Shown here in pieces: positions 18,465 to 27,967 of a stretch of 32,000 nucleotides of DNA. Below the pieces are notes generated by a model that ran no database searches, was not told the origin of the DNA, and was given only the letters and a program-made list of their open reading frames with translations. This DNA comes from Candidatus Heimdallarchaeota archaeon (GTDB lineage Archaea; Asgardarchaeota; Heimdallarchaeia; Heimdallarchaeales; Heimdallarchaeaceae), in NCBI GenBank assembly GCA_030668875.1, contig DAOVER010000030.1, forward strand, positions 5,849-37,848, written 5' to 3'. The first letter of the stretch is position 1, and the number at the start of each line of letters is the position of its first letter. A program made the position numbers and the translations under genes.

Positions 18465-19918
18465 TGAATGAAATCTATTTGACATTTTATCAATTTGTAC
18501 CATTAATAGAAATGACTTACTCACCAGAACTTCGAGATCACTTGAAATTCTTAGCTGAAGGAAACACTGCAGCTAAAACCATTGAAAAGAGTTATAAAAA
18601 CAAAAAGATAAGTGAAACGTCAGAAGACATCAAAACTGCTTTTCTTCCAACTTACAGCGATTTGAGATGGTCTTGGTATGATGATGGTTATAACTATTAC
18701 AGAAATTTTCGGAGTTTCATTTTTCAAAAGCAACCTCTGAGACCACTTGTTCCGCTAATATCTAGAACAATAAAATGGAAGGGAACGCCAACAATAGGTT
18801 CTAAAATTGTTTCCACAAAAAAAGCTGAATTATCTCCAATTCTAATTGGTCGCTCGATAAAAAAAATAGTCCTCACGAAAACTGGTAAGAATCTTCTAGA
18901 CTTTGAATCGAATCTGAAAATATTGCTCCGTTTCTGCAATAAGAGTAAAAACAAAGAGAAAATGTGTTTTCTAAATGGAGTTTTCAAAGAAACAGGAGCT
19001 ATAAGTATTCAAGATTCAGATATTATAACAATCATTGAGACAGATCCACAAACGTATAAGAATATTAATTTTACAAATCAGAAAATAAGTCGCATATATT
19101 ATGGTGGAATAGAGATCTTAGTACACGATATGAAACAAGTTTATATTATTTACAAAGAAAAACCACCAAAAATACTAAGGAAGAGAGTAGAGAAAATCGT
19201 TTCTTTGTTTTTCAGTTTGAAATTCCTTATTCAACGTGCAACATATTTATTGAGCACTGATTTATTGGAAAATATGGGGATTAGGGCTGTCTCAAACATT
19301 ATGGAATACTTTCTATCATCCTTAAATCCGTCAATCTATTCTTCTCAAAATATACCAAATCTGCTACCAAAACATTACCAAAGAATGCTATTCAAATCAC
19401 TTTGTAGAAAGATGAACCTTCTAAATAAATTTTCGTATCTTTTTGAAAAAATCAAGAAAAAAATACTCGATATGCCTGCTTATGAAGCAAGTTTCTTTTT
19501 CAAGAAGAAGAATATATTTACAAACGATCTGCGAGACAAAGTTATTCTTACTCTAGCTGAAGAGCCAGAACCAGAATTAACGGAGAAGGAAAGATTGATG
19601 TTGGACTTCTTTGTTTCTCAATATAAGAAAGAACTAGAAAATGATGCACTTTATGATTTCAAAATCCGACGAAAGAAAACTTTAGGTTCTATGTCTAGAA
19701 ATTTTATCAGGAAGAACATTAACCATTGGTTAGTGGTTAAGGGTTTTCCAACCAATACTTTTACAGATAACGAGTTGAAGAAAAACCCTGTAGCAGATGT
19801 ATTAAGTAGGCTAAATAAAAAGGACTTGATACTTATTGACCAAATGGAAAAAGGAAAAACAGATTTTCTTCTAAACCTAAATGACGAGAACAAATTTATA
19901 GTAAAATTATTGCTGTGA
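18464..19918 (+). CDS. Hypothetical cytoplasmic protein with probable C-terminal winged helix, translationally coupled to the upstream regulator
   Basis: TGATG stop/start overlap at 18462-18466. C-terminal LTEKERLMLDFF...VADVLSRLNKKDLILID looks wHTH-like. Confidence 0.7.
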   Translation: MNEIYLTFYQFVPLIEMTYSPELRDHLKFLAEGNTAAKTIEKSYKNKKISETSEDIKTAFLPTYSDLRWSWYDDGYNYYRNFRSFIFQKQPLRPLVPLISRTIKWKGTPTIGSKIVSTKKAELSPILIGRSIKKIVLTKTGKNLLDFESNLKILLRFCNKSKNKEKMCFLNGVFKETGAISIQDSDIITIIETDPQTYKNINFTNQKISRIYYGGIEILVHDMKQVYIIYKEKPPKILRKRVEKIVSLFFSLKFLIQRATYLLSTDLLENMGIRAVSNIMEYFLSSLNPSIYSSQNIPNLLPKHYQRMLFKSLCRKMNLLNKFSYLFEKIKKKILDMPAYEASFFFKKKNIFTNDLRDKVILTLAEEPEPELTEKERLMLDFFVSQYKKELENDALYDFKIRRKKTLGSMSRNFIRKNINHWLVVKGFPTNTFTDNELKKNPVADVLSRLNKKDLILIDQMEKGKTDFLLNLNDENKFIVKLLL

Positions 19919-20229
19919 AGTATACTGTTTCTTACCTATTACTGTTAATTATCATTACTTCGTTTTTATGGTAATTTCTCAGTGTTTTTTTATAATTTTG
20001 AGACAAAAAAATCTTCTTTATAATACCATTCATTCTCTGTAAATCAATAACGTGATTAAATGTTTGATATAACCCCAGTAGTTTATAGTCACAATTTCGT
20101 GACATGGAGGGAGTCATGATGATTATGGATAGTACTGGAAGAACTATATTAAAGAGAGTTTCATTTTTTTTTCAAAATGTGGAGCAATGAAGGTAGGTTG
20201 AGTTGATTGATTTAGAATGGAGAATGAAA

Positions 20230-20529
20230 ATGGGCAAAAGTTATCAGTTTTACTGTAAAGAATGCGAATTAAATATGATATTATATGAAGGTATCAAGTA
20301 CAAAACAGATGATACTTCAATAAACTATTATTGCTTTAAATGTAACAAAATATCTTATCATGATACTTGTTTAGATTGTGGAGATAAGCTATATTACTCT
20401 ATTGAGATACCAAAGGAAAAGCGAAAGATGCACAATTCTTCTGATCAACCTATTGAAATCAAACTAGCGTGTCCAAAATGTCGATCTAAAGAAACCATTC
20501 TTACAAAAATAGGTGAATGGGTGCTTTGA
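20230..20529 (+). CDS. Small zinc-ribbon protein with four CxxC motifs
   Basis: CKEC, CFKC, CLDC and CPKC. GGAG lies 7 nt before the ATG at 20230; the ORF track starts at 20203. Confidence 0.75.
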   Translation: MGKSYQFYCKECELNMILYEGIKYKTDDTSINYYCFKCNKISYHDTCLDCGDKLYYSIEIPKEKRKMHNSSDQPIEIKLACPKCRSKETILTKIGEWVL

Positions 20530-20665
20530 AGTTTGTAAAGAAGCTAGTATCTACCTTTCTAATGCTAGCAAACGGACTTGTAAATCAGCTGAAAACATAT
20601 TTGCAATATAGCGAAAGCAAATCATAAACTATACAAATCTGGTAAACTATCTGGCACTTCTATAA

Positions 20666-21544
20666 TTATCCTATTTTAAATTTCTCATAATTTGGATATA
20701 ATGTTACCATTGCTGCCCCTTTTCCTACAGAGTTAACAATCGCAGGAGGAATTTTCCAGACATAGCAATTTTCCACCTGTTTTACTTCTCTTACTTCCGC
20801 TTCTAACATCTCAGCTTTCTGTTTGTCGTTTGAATGGGATATGATTATGTCGTATACTAGTTCATCTGACATTTTCAATTCTATTTCTTTTATTATTTTC
20901 TTCAAAGTGCCTTTAAACCCTATTCCTCCACCAAACCCTATAACGCCTTCGTCTAGTGGTATATGATATATCGGTTTTAGCTTTAGTGTGTTGGTTAGTA
21001 AAGACATGTGAACACTTTTCTTCACTTTACCTGATTGGAATAATGTCGAGAAATCTTTTGAAAAACCAATAGTGTAAATATGTGGTTTAACTATATCAAA
21101 ATAACTCTTAATCTCTTCAATACTTTTGTTATCCTTCAGCAATTCTAGAGCATATAATACAAAAGCAGCTTGACTAGGTCCAGCATATTGAGTAGGATAG
21201 TATTCTATTTTGATTTTATCCTTCATCTTCTTTGCAGCAAGACGCACAGAGCTAACTTGATTTGATGTTTTTGGAGTCATAAATGGATAGAAAACTGTAT
21301 CATAATCGCTTTCTTCTGCTTGTTTTAATACTATCAATGCGTCACTTGGAGAGGCAAAACTAGTTTTAGGAGCTGGATTAATTGAATGTAGTTTTTCTGT
21401 AAATTCCTCTCTATCTATCTCTGTTATTTCCTTCCTATACTTATCTTTGTATTCAACTAATACTTCTAATAGAGCAATTCCTTGCTCTTCTAAGTATTCT
21501 TTTGGTATAGTTGAGGTTGAATCTGTTAGTATTATTGTTTTCAT
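20666..21544 (-). CDS. DegV family (fatty-acid binding) protein
   Basis: IILTDSTSTIP N-terminus, PKTSFASP, LKLKPI and C-terminal VGKGA motifs, ~290 aa. Confidence 0.9.
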   Translation of the reverse strand: MKTIILTDSTSTIPKEYLEEQGIALLEVLVEYKDKYRKEITEIDREEFTEKLHSINPAPKTSFASPSDALIVLKQAEESDYDTVFYPFMTPKTSNQVSSVRLAAKKMKDKIKIEYYPTQYAGPSQAAFVLYALELLKDNKSIEEIKSYFDIVKPHIYTIGFSKDFSTLFQSGKVKKSVHMSLLTNTLKLKPIYHIPLDEGVIGFGGGIGFKGTLKKIIKEIELKMSDELVYDIIISHSNDKQKAEMLEAEVREVKQVENCYVWKIPPAIVNSVGKGAAMVTLYPNYEKFKIG

Positions 21545-22044
21545 TTAAGACAAAAGTTGAAGAACACTGTTACTTTTAAACATATCTTATCAATTAAACA
21601 CTCCTCTAATCAATTCTATGTCTGTCCTATTGCTTTTTTGAAAAAAGTGAATCTAATTTACATATTAATGGATTTAGAAATAATTCTGTTCTTCTTCTTT
21701 AGGGATAAAACAATGGTGGAATAATGCCCCTATCTATTTTGTTTTCAATTTCACTCAAAACTACTAGTGAGGTAAAAAAGAAAAGAAGAGGAAGTAGTTT
21801 TTTCTCCTCTATTCTATTTGCTTCCACTTCTATAGTTTCATCTACTTTTGTGCGGTGTTTTTGCATTGTTTGACCTTTTTGAGATTTTAGTGCCCACATT
21901 CCAGGATTTCAAAGTCTGCAACAAAAGACCTTGACCACTAAAGTTTAAAGACTTACTAAAATATACTTAAACCAGTAACTACATGAATAATTGGTAGATA
22001 TTATTTTTGCAACTGTTACGCAACTATTCGCAAAACTATCCCTA

Positions 22045-22067
22045 CATGTATTCTACTTGAATACATG
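22045..22067. terminator. Perfect 9-bp inverted repeat downstream of the 22118-23581 gene
   Basis: CATGTATTC-tactt-GAATACATG. Confidence 0.4.
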
Positions 22068-22117
22068 CTCGGTATGGTTTGAATTTTCCTGGTATCATCT
22101 CCAAAAAAACGTAATTT

Positions 22118-23581
22118 TCAAGTTGTAATCTGCAAATTTGTTTCATATCTCTCTTCAATAAATTCTTTCCACTGTGTTTTATTTAGCATGAGATCAACAT
22201 TTAATCTTGTTGAAGGTGATTTTGTTATCAAACCTTGTAAACTAATACTAACCCATTCAAAAGAAAACTTAAAATTCATTTTACTCCATAAACGAATAAC
22301 GATATCGTACCAGATTATAGAATATAAAGACACCAGTAGAGCATAGGTCATCTTTCCATAACCTAGAGAATTAAGAAGAAAATTTACTCCAGTTATTTCA
22401 CCCAAAACCAGGTTTAGTGTCCATTTCGGCAATAAATCCAGAATCTCTAGACCATAGATTGACAAGGCAATCATTCCCCATCTGCGGCAATATCTAACAA
22501 ACCTTCTATTTGCGAAAATATGAGCTCTGGCTCTATATTCAACAAATCTAAGAATTGCAACTAAAGCTATAACTTGTCCCCCGAGTTGTATAAGATGAGT
22601 GCTTAGAGCAGTTCTTTGATTAAAAATAGAAAATGGCAACTCTAGTGCAATCAGAAGCCCTCCCATACCCATAGACACCATTCCTCCGATTAATCCAATA
22701 AGTGGTAGTTTTCTTGAAGGTTCTTTTCCCGATAAGACTATACCAAATATGGCACCTATAAAAGCAGTTGAAAGACAAGGAAAGAGAGGTTCTACCTCTC
22801 CTGCAATTATAGCCATAAACCATGCTTTGAATGATGCATTTGAAGCTTGAACATGGATGTTTGGCCAATAAGGAGTTTGGACAATTTCCATATAATCTGG
22901 GAAAGTGGTGGGAATTATCCAATTCATTGAATCTACCCAATTCTGTACGAACTGTGTTGATATTAAGATGGAAACAGCTAAAGTTACGTATATGATAATA
23001 TTTCTTTTGATTTTTTTATATCCATCATTACGAATAAGAAAATAGTTGATAACTGCTGTAATCATTATACTAAATGCAATAGTCTGTAAAGTGTGGATTT
23101 GGAACATTTTACTCCATATCTCATAAGTAGTGTCCCATGTATTTCTTTCTCTAATTGCTTGTCCAAAGTAGCCATAATATCCAAAGCCGTATATTATTGA
23201 ACCAAAGATATACAAAAGAAAACCAGATAATAATTGTTTAAAAAGCAATTTTTTCTCGTCCATACCTTTTGCAGCTTTTTTAAACATAACAAGAGTGTTT
23301 GCAGTTATTGATATCAATAGGAAGAAAGTATTCCATGTTCCAACGAATGCTACAAATAAACCTAAACCGACAAGAATTTTTGGATACTCAAACAATAATG
23401 AAGGATCTTCTACCACCCAGTCGTAATCAAAAACATGGTAGAAACAATGAGCGAAAGTCATTACAAGAATTGATAATCCCCGGAGAAAATCCAGAGTAAC
23501 GATTCTTTCAGATGATTTTTTTTCATCTAACTGTTCTTGATTGGTCCTTAACTCCATATACTTATTATTTGTAAATGACAT
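22118..23581 (-). CDS. Polytopic membrane protein of the DUF1624/HGSNAT-like (acyltransferase-3 clan) type
   Basis: RIVTLDFLRGLSILVMTFAH N-terminal motif, about 10 TM segments, PLFP.L and G...L.IY motifs. Confidence 0.75.
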   Translation of the reverse strand: MSFTNNKYMELRTNQEQLDEKKSSERIVTLDFLRGLSILVMTFAHCFYHVFDYDWVVEDPSLLFEYPKILVGLGLFVAFVGTWNTFFLLISITANTLVMFKKAAKGMDEKKLLFKQLLSGFLLYIFGSIIYGFGYYGYFGQAIRERNTWDTTYEIWSKMFQIHTLQTIAFSIMITAVINYFLIRNDGYKKIKRNIIIYVTLAVSILISTQFVQNWVDSMNWIIPTTFPDYMEIVQTPYWPNIHVQASNASFKAWFMAIIAGEVEPLFPCLSTAFIGAIFGIVLSGKEPSRKLPLIGLIGGMVSMGMGGLLIALELPFSIFNQRTALSTHLIQLGGQVIALVAILRFVEYRARAHIFANRRFVRYCRRWGMIALSIYGLEILDLLPKWTLNLVLGEITGVNFLLNSLGYGKMTYALLVSLYSIIWYDIVIRLWSKMNFKFSFEWVSISLQGLITKSPSTRLNVDLMLNKTQWKEFIEERYETNLQITT

Positions 23582-23856
23582 TTAAAAATACTTACGAAGC
23601 TAGCTGTTCTTTAGATTAGTATTGTTCGAAACCAGACAGAGGGTAGATGTCAAAGGAATTTGCACTTCCCGCAATAAGGTAATTTCCACATAAAAATTAA
23701 TTCATAATTCTGGTTATATTCTTCTTTTGAAGGTATTTTATAGGTTAAATGACTTGTAAATTGAATCGCAATATGGTTTTGAGTTTAGAAATAAAAAATA
23801 AAAATAAAAAATTCTAGAATTTCATCTAGAAAAAATAAAGTATGTTGAAAGTATTA

Positions 23857-24060
23857 TTATTCAACAATAGTTACGTTTACAGCTTGTTGTCCTCTATCGG
23901 TATCTTCTAAGTCAAAAGTAACTGTTGTCCCTATTTGAAGGGCGTAAAAGTCACCACTAACTCCAGAAGAATGAAAGAAAATGTCTTTTTCTGCATCTTC
24001 AGCGTTTTCTATAAAACCATAACCTTTATCGGTCATTACTTTTTTAATAGTTCCTTGCAT
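23857..24060 (-). CDS. cspA: Cold-shock domain protein
   Basis: 67 aa with GTIK...DKGYGFI (RNP1) and DIFFHSS (RNP2), ending G.QAVNV. GAGG RBS upstream. Confidence 0.95.
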   Translation of the reverse strand: MQGTIKKVMTDKGYGFIENAEDAEKDIFFHSSGVSGDFYALQIGTTVTFDLEDTDRGQQAVNVTIVE

Positions 24061-24267
24061 TTTAGTTTTCCTCTTATGGATTTTTCACGTTTTTTAACAG
24101 GAGTGAAGTCCTTCTTAAATAAAAAAGAGTAATATCAAATATTAAATTTAATTAAATCTTGAAGTTTCTAATTTATTTACGATAGTTCTTTTGGGAAATC
24201 ATTAATAAATTTGTGGATAATACTTATTTTTTGTAAAAATAGGTAGGAATGAAGTATGAGCGTAGTT

Positions 24268-24366
24268 TTAGAGGCTTCCTCTGTGATAAACTACTGATTT
24301 CATAGCTTCGTATTTCATCTTTTTGAGAGCTTTCTCGATTTTTAAGTTTTGTATTTTTTTACTCAT
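24268..24366 (-). CDS. Putative 32-aa basic small protein MSKKIQNLKIEKALKKMKYEAMKSVVYHRGSL
   Basis: AGGTG RBS 6 nt before the ATG. Below the ORF-track size cutoff. Confidence 0.45.
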   Translation of the reverse strand: MSKKIQNLKIEKALKKMKYEAMKSVVYHRGSL

Positions 24367-24538
24367 TTGTTACACCTAGCCTAACTTCAGTATCCCTTTT
24401 AAAAAGGATTGAACACACAAAGAGGTCACAAGTTGTGATATTAATAACAAAAAATTGTGAAAAACAGCCTGAGAGACTTTAGATCCTTAATTTTGTTCCT
24501 TATCTCCACAGCTCAAAATTATTAAAACCACAAGCTAA

Positions 24539-25759
24539 TTGTCTTCAGGTTTGAGTACATTGTTCGAACAGATAATCAAAACTATTGAATTTGAGCCAAT
24601 TTTAATTAACAAATCATTGGGTTCTTGGATATGGGATACTGAAGGTAAAAAGTATTTAGACTGTGAATCTGGCATGTGGTGTTTAAATCTAGGTCATAAT
24701 CATCCAAGAGTGATTCAGGCTGCAAAAAATCAGCTAGATGAAATTATACATCGCAATAAAAGTTTCTTAACTCCTATAACTCTCGAGACTGCAGATGTAA
24801 TCTTAAAGTTTATGCCTACATCTTTTGATAGAATCACTTTTCTAAATAGTGGGAGTGAAGCAATGGAATTTGCTATTAGTTTTGCTAAGAAGGTGACAAA
24901 ACAAGAAAAAATATTATCCTTACACGATTCATATCTAGGGGCATATGGCAAAGCCAAAGAATCTTCTTACACTTCCTTGGATCAATTAGAACTAAAAATA
25001 CCCTATCCTGTTTGTTACGATGAAAATTGCGACTGTTTAGAAAGTACTAGAAGTGCTATCGATAGTGTTCTTGATGGAATTATCCCTGAAATTGCTTGTT
25101 TTGTTCTAGAACCAGTTATGGTGAGTGGAGGAGTGTTTAAACCTTGTAGTCAATTTATTCAATATATTTGTGATAAAATCCAATCCAATGGAGGACTTGT
25201 TGTGGTTGATGAAGTTACAACAGGTTTAGGAAGAACTGGTAAAAAGTTTGGATATGAACATCTAGGGATAAATCCCGATGTTGTTGTTCTGGGGAAGGCA
25301 TTAGGAAATGGATACCCAATTAGTGCAATAATAACCTCTTCAGAACACGAAAGCAAGTGCTCTTCTTCTGAGTTATATTATGCTCAATCCCATCAACTTG
25401 ATCCTTTGGGAGCAGCTGTTGCAAAGGAAGTAGTTAAAATCTTTGAAGAAGATTCAATAATTGAGAGAAATCAAAGTGTTATCCTTGAGTTGGATCAATT
25501 TTTCAAATCATTGAATTATAGTTTTATTGGGGAAGTAAGATCTGTAGGAATGATATTTGCATTGAAACTAAAAGATTATGAAAATATAAACACTGTCGAG
25601 CTAGTAGTAAAACTCAAGAATGAACTACTAGCAGAAGGTGTTTTAGTAGGTTATAATATCGGTAAAGGTTTACTTAGATTGTTACCACCCCTAACAATGA
25701 ATGCTGAAGAAATACAATTTCTGAAAGAAAAAATGAGAAATGTTTTTTGTAATATTTGA
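24539..25759 (+). CDS. Class-III PLP-dependent aminotransferase (ArgD/GabT-like), substrate unknown
   Basis: WDTEGKKYLD, NLGH.HP, NSGSEA, EPV...G, DEVTTGLGRTG, GKALGNG (PLP Lys) and LRLLPPL. The start (TTG) is uncertain. Confidence 0.92.
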   Translation: MSSGLSTLFEQIIKTIEFEPILINKSLGSWIWDTEGKKYLDCESGMWCLNLGHNHPRVIQAAKNQLDEIIHRNKSFLTPITLETADVILKFMPTSFDRITFLNSGSEAMEFAISFAKKVTKQEKILSLHDSYLGAYGKAKESSYTSLDQLELKIPYPVCYDENCDCLESTRSAIDSVLDGIIPEIACFVLEPVMVSGGVFKPCSQFIQYICDKIQSNGGLVVVDEVTTGLGRTGKKFGYEHLGINPDVVVLGKALGNGYPISAIITSSEHESKCSSSELYYAQSHQLDPLGAAVAKEVVKIFEEDSIIERNQSVILELDQFFKSLNYSFIGEVRSVGMIFALKLKDYENINTVELVVKLKNELLAEGVLVGYNIGKGLLRLLPPLTMNAEEIQFLKEKMRNVFCNI

Positions 25760-25862
25760 GATGTTTATAATCAAGGAAAGAAAGATATTGAATAACTCAT
25801 TCATGATGTTGTGTTTCAGAAACCAAATGGTAAAATAGAAAAATAAGAAAAGAAGTTGAAAA

Positions 25863-26834
25863 CTAGTTCATCCTATTTCTTTTTTTCTTGTTATATAAAA
25901 TCACAGTTGGCACAATAAGGAAAGACAGTAGAACATAACTGAAGTTATAAGGAGCTCTAATAGCTGAGGAGCCACCTTTCCTGATCCTATGTTCCATCTC
26001 ACCTTTGTGTATAGTTTCATCAGTTGTTACTTCATACGATAGAGTGTAATCATATGCAATCAAAGTTCCACCATCAGAATAATCTAGGGTTATATCAACT
26101 AGGTATCTACTATAGGGGAAATATGAATATGTTTCTTCAATATAATCCCGTTCAGATTCATAGATATAATTAGATAAATCAAAAGTCATTGACCATTTTG
26201 TGGAGGAGTTAGAGATGCTGAAAGGTGTTTGTTTAGTATCACTTATTCCCATTATTTTATATGATGGTATGGCGTCCAAGAAGTCTCCTAAAGTTATTTC
26301 ATCAGTTGTATAATCGTGTGTTACAGTATCTACAACTTGGGTTCTATCTCCTAAAACCTCCAAATTTGTATTGAATAATTCCCAATCTGGTTCTACGAAG
26401 TAATTTATATTTCCAAAATCAGCATCAAATCCAATTAGTATAATTCGACTATTTTCCTCATCCCATCTGTAGTTGTGATAGAAGAAGGTGGTCGCGTAAT
26501 AAGTGCTTATTAAATCAGCATCAAAATAGAAAGTAAGCGTGTTTTCATTACCAGAATCGTATTTAGCTTCTACTTCTACTTCTTTTGTTGATTCAAAGAT
26601 TTCTGTTAGAGTGTACATCACTTCTGATTCATATATAGATTCAATTTTATATGAAAGATCTTCTGATAAGGATGTATAACTAATCTCTCCATTCATAACC
26701 ATCCCAAACACATATACATCATCCTCATACCAGTCTCTAACTATTGCCGCTGAACTAGGGAGTATTAAACTAACTGATAAAACAGTTAGAAGAGCACAGG
26801 TTATTGTCGTATGCGCGAATTTTTTCTTAAGCAT
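25863..26834 (-). CDS. Secreted membrane-anchored hypothetical protein (paralog 2)
   Basis: Signal peptide and C-terminal APYNFSY plus TM plus KKKRNR. Clear similarity to 26827-27810. Confidence 0.85.
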   Translation of the reverse strand: MLKKKFAHTTITCALLTVLSVSLILPSSAAIVRDWYEDDVYVFGMVMNGEISYTSLSEDLSYKIESIYESEVMYTLTEIFESTKEVEVEAKYDSGNENTLTFYFDADLISTYYATTFFYHNYRWDEENSRIILIGFDADFGNINYFVEPDWELFNTNLEVLGDRTQVVDTVTHDYTTDEITLGDFLDAIPSYKIMGISDTKQTPFSISNSSTKWSMTFDLSNYIYESERDYIEETYSYFPYSRYLVDITLDYSDGGTLIAYDYTLSYEVTTDETIHKGEMEHRIRKGGSSAIRAPYNFSYVLLSFLIVPTVILYNKKKRNRMN

Positions 26835-27810
26835 TTTTAATCACTCCTAGCTTTGGTCTTTTTTTCTTCTTCGAGAAATAGAGTAGAACAGGCAGAATCA
26901 TTAAAGACAATAGAGAATAACTGAAGTTAGAAGGTGTTTTAACTGCTTCAAATCCCCCTTTTTGAATAATTACACTATATACTTCTTCTTCTACTGCATC
27001 ATCTGTTGTCACTTCAGTAATAATGTTATATTCACGCAAATTGAGTGTTCCACCTTCTGTGAAATCTAAAGTGTAACTGACTGTATACGTACTATAGGGG
27101 AAGTAAGAATCGACATGAGTCCCACATTCTCTTTTATAAATGACGTTTGATAAGTCAAAACTGAAAGACCATTTTGTTGAAGAATTAGATAAAGTAAACT
27201 GTGAATCAACTGTATCTCTAACACCCATAATATCGTAAGAAACAATAGAATCTAGAAAATCACCAAGAGTTATTTCATAGGTTGTCCAAAGACCATCTGT
27301 TACTATATCAACTATCTGAGTCCTGTCAAGCAATCTTCCCATATTTGTATTGAATATTTCCCAATCAGGTTCTATAAAGAAGACCATATCGAAATAATGC
27401 ATGTCAAAATCTGTTAACACTAACCTATCACCTTTTTTATCCCATCTATAGTCAATATCGAAGAGGGAATCTGCTAATAAACCACTAATTACTCCTGCAT
27501 CAGTATATCCATCAAATTCTCCCGTACCAATACCTGCAATTGTCATGTTTGCAACTAGTTCATGGTTAATCGAATCAATACTTATTATATCAAATCTTAT
27601 TTCCATCTCCTCGGAACAATATCCAAAGCCCTCAAGTGCATCAATTGTTGTTATAGTTGTTACAGATTCTGACCAGATTAATGCATATTTGACAGAGGTG
27701 CCAACATACCAATCTCTAGTAGCAGCTGTGCTATGTAAACTACTGTTAATCATTAATATAGTTATTAAAATGGAAATGAAACTGATTTTCGTTAAATGTT
27801 TTCTATTCAT
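26827..27810 (-). CDS. Secreted membrane-anchored hypothetical protein (paralog 1)
   Basis: Signal peptide and C-terminal TPSNFSY plus TM plus KKKKR. Shares RDWY, YRWD, F..EPDWE.FNTN, EITLGDFLD.I, SNSSTKWS..FDLSN and YFPYS motifs with paralog 2. 8-bp overlap. Confidence 0.85.
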   Translation of the reverse strand: MNRKHLTKISFISILITILMINSSLHSTAATRDWYVGTSVKYALIWSESVTTITTIDALEGFGYCSEEMEIRFDIISIDSINHELVANMTIAGIGTGEFDGYTDAGVISGLLADSLFDIDYRWDKKGDRLVLTDFDMHYFDMVFFIEPDWEIFNTNMGRLLDRTQIVDIVTDGLWTTYEITLGDFLDSIVSYDIMGVRDTVDSQFTLSNSSTKWSFSFDLSNVIYKRECGTHVDSYFPYSTYTVSYTLDFTEGGTLNLREYNIITEVTTDDAVEEEVYSVIIQKGGFEAVKTPSNFSYSLLSLMILPVLLYFSKKKKRPKLGVIKNA

Positions 27811-27967
27811 TTCAAATACCTTGTTATGATACTGTATATTTACTGTATTGAATATTATTAAGAGTTGTGCAAAATTTGTTAGTTGTTTGAACGTAGATAC
27901 TTATGAATCAGGTCAAAAAAATTAACTTCAGACTTATGACAGCTTAACAGATAAAGGAAAAAATGGG

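Noticed and set aside
19932-20201. 61-aa minus ORF and a stop-riddled plus frame ending SKCGAMKVG
   Set aside because: No RBS-supported start or domain; too degraded to call a zinc-finger pseudogene.
21699-21899. 66-aa minus ORF upstream of DegV
   Set aside because: No recognisable motif, and it runs into low-complexity T-rich sequence; at best a remnant.
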